A stretch of DNA of 64,000 nucleotides. Source: an uncultured Gemmatimonadales bacterium. GTDB lineage: Bacteria; Gemmatimonadota; Gemmatimonadetes; Gemmatimonadales; Gemmatimonadaceae. The stretch lies in NCBI GenBank assembly GCA_963850905.1, contig CAWKMU010000004.1:96001-160000 (forward strand), written 5' to 3'. Below, in pieces: positions 62,276 through 64,000 of this stretch. A program made the translations under genes and the position numbers. Each line of letters starts with the position of its first letter. Positions within the stretch are counted from its first letter, which is position 1. The notes under the pieces are model-generated. The model was not told the DNA's origin, did no database searches, and worked only from the letters and a program-made list of their open reading frames with translations.

Positions 62276-62288
62276 CAGCGGTCGGGTC

Positions 62289-63014
62289 ATGACCGCCGTC
62301 GCGGTGGATGTCCTCGCGATCGCGGCGCACCCTGACGATGTCGAGCTGACCTGCGGCGGCACGCTCCTGCGCGCGCTGGAGTTCAATCGGCGGACGGCGA
62401 TCATCGACTTGACGGCGGGCGAGACCGGCACGAAAGGATCGCCGGCCACACGCGCCGCCGAAGCCGCAAAGGCCGCAGCCGTCCTCGGCGTGAGCGCCCG
62501 TGAAAATCTGGGTCTACCGGACGCGGGCGTGGTCAACACGCCCGACACACGGATCGCGCTCGCGCGAGTCATCCGCCGATTCACACCGCGCGTGGTAATC
62601 GCTCCGGCGCTCGAAGGCCGTCATCCGGACCACCGTGCCGCCGCTGAGTTGGTGCGCGATGCGTGTTTCATCGCGGGTCTCGCGAAAGTGGCGCCGGACA
62701 TCCCGAGACACCGACCCTTCAAGGTGCTCCACTGCCTGTCCTTTCGGGAGGACTGGCAGAAGCCATCGTTCGTCGTCGACATCTCCAGCGTCTTCGATCG
62801 GAAGCTGGAAGCGATCTTCTGCTACGCGTCGCAGTTCGAAGGGGTGTCGCAAGCCGGCGAGGTCTATCCCAACGGCGATCCGCTGCGGGACATCATTCGG
62901 CATCAGGCCGCGCACTACGGATCGCTGATCCGCTCCCGGTACGGTGAGCCGTTTTTCACCTTCGAAACCATGCGCGCCGACGACGTCGCTGGCCTCGACG
63001 TCGCGACTTTCTGA
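62289..63014 (+). CDS. bshB1: Bacillithiol biosynthesis deacetylase (PIG-L family)
   Basis: AHPDDVELTCGG, DLTAGETGTKG, RHPDH, YASQF. Confidence 0.82.
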   Translation: MTAVAVDVLAIAAHPDDVELTCGGTLLRALEFNRRTAIIDLTAGETGTKGSPATRAAEAAKAAAVLGVSARENLGLPDAGVVNTPDTRIALARVIRRFTPRVVIAPALEGRHPDHRAAAELVRDACFIAGLAKVAPDIPRHRPFKVLHCLSFREDWQKPSFVVDISSVFDRKLEAIFCYASQFEGVSQAGEVYPNGDPLRDIIRHQAAHYGSLIRSRYGEPFFTFETMRADDVAGLDVATF

Positions 63015-63027
63015 CTTCGACTGGCGG

Positions 63028-63285
63028 TCAGACTTCCGTCTGATCCACGTAACACCAGCTCCACGATTCTCCCGGCTCGATCGAGCGCATGATCGGGTGC
63101 TTCGTGGAATGGAAATGCTTGGTCGCGTGCTTGTTCCTTGATGAGTCACAGCACCCGACATGGCCACAGGTCCGACACATCCGCAGGTGAACCCAGGAGT
63201 CGCCCATGGCGAGGCACTCCTCGCATCCCTTGGCCCGCGGCTGGACCGGTTGGACCTCCTTCACGTGCGCGCACGACGTCGTCAT
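63028..63285 (-). CDS. UBP-type zinc finger protein
   Basis: CAH, CEEC, WVHLRMCRTCGHVGCCDSS, HATKHF, WSWCY; SD GGGAGGA. Confidence 0.9.
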   Translation of the reverse strand: MTTSCAHVKEVQPVQPRAKGCEECLAMGDSWVHLRMCRTCGHVGCCDSSRNKHATKHFHSTKHPIMRSIEPGESWSWCYVDQTEV

Positions 63286-63306
63286 CCAATCCTCCCGCTG
63301 ATTAGT

Positions 63307-64000
63307 TCATCGGCCCGATGGGCGCGGCCGCTCGCTCGCCTTGTACATGTAGGCGGACGCCTCGAGGCGTGCGCCGCGTGCATCAGCAACCGCAAACTGC
63401 GAGCCCTCGTAGGCCGATGCCGCCGCGTAGCGCCCGTCTTTCGTGACACAGTAGTAGTCGAGATCGAACCGCGGGCGGCCGCGCTCGTCGAGCAACCGCG
63501 CCTCCGTCATCGCGATGACTCGTTCAATGACTGTCAGAAGCGCAGCTTCGGGATCCTTACCTTGTCGCAACAGCTCGACCGCGAGGAACGCACCGCACAC
63601 CTTCATGTTCGCTTCGCCGCGACCGGTCGACCCCGCGGCGCCCACGGTGTTGTCGCAGTATTGGCCGGCCCCAATGATGGGACTGTCGCCCACGCGCCCC
63701 GGAATTTTCCAGGACAAGCCGCTCGTCGTCGTGACACTGCCGATGTCGCCCTTCCCGTCGACGGCGTTCATGTTGATTGTCCCGTGCGTGTACGGCACAG
63801 CCTCGACGATCTTCACGTCTCCCGGGTGGTCGAGCCAGGCATCGTTCGGGTTGAGATTCGCCTTCCAGCGCAGCCACGCCTGACGACTCTTGTCGGTCAG
63901 CAGGTTCTGCTCCTTGAAGCCCATCTCGAGAGCGAACTTCTTGGCTCCCGCCCCGACGAGGAAAATGTGGTCGGTGTAGTCCATGACGGCCTTGGCCACC
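63307..64000 (-). CDS. Glycosylasparaginase/type-2 asparaginase (Ntn hydrolase), 5' part outside window
   Basis: GTI autocleavage site, TTTSGL, GRVGDSPIIGAG, STGRGE. Confidence 0.9.
   Translation of the reverse strand, partial: VAKAVMDYTDHIFLVGAGAKKFALEMGFKEQNLLTDKSRQAWLRWKANLNPNDAWLDHPGDVKIVEAVPYTHGTINMNAVDGKGDIGSVTTTSGLSWKIPGRVGDSPIIGAGQYCDNTVGAAGSTGRGEANMKVCGAFLAVELLRQGKDPEAALLTVIERVIAMTEARLLDERGRPRFDLDYYCVTKDGRYAAASAYEGSQFAVADARGARLEASAYMYKASERPRPSGR

Noticed and set aside
60134..62584. Long antisense ORFs (also 15339-17177, 42600-44360, 22919-24355)
   Set aside because: Shadow frames of high-GC coding genes with no recognisable motifs.

Overview
High-GC bacterial chromosome segment, mostly core genome. 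Gene content and order suggest Gemmatimonadota (inference, not verified). Plus-strand block 1-19.8 kb: pdxJ, tandem Hpt-like protein, ispE, tRNA-Gln, prs, rplY, pth, ychF, rpsF-rpsR-DUF2232-rplI, rsfS, two SPOR proteins, smc, aroF, lolA. Minus-strand block: rpmE-prfA-prmC-YlbF-tmk-ctpA-DUF2520. Then a Crp/MBL/GAF-HD-GYP cassette and a long minus-strand run: sensor kinase, double Ser/Thr kinase, comM, larE, sigma-54 regulator, ALDH, lepB, sigma-70, yajQ, rimO, hemL, SpoIID, lnt. The window ends with a TolC-MFP-ABC exporter, bshB1 and a partial glycosylasparaginase. The only clearly accessory DNA is a 3.36 kb insert (45233-48595). It is bounded by a 323-bp imperfect direct repeat that duplicates the kinase 3' end and the comM 5' end. 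It encodes no integrase and carries one unrecognised Gly-rich protein ending in five 17-aa MPxPDxDSxGxPxS repeats. Several core genes carry frameshifts that look like read or assembly indels, so some boundaries are approximate.
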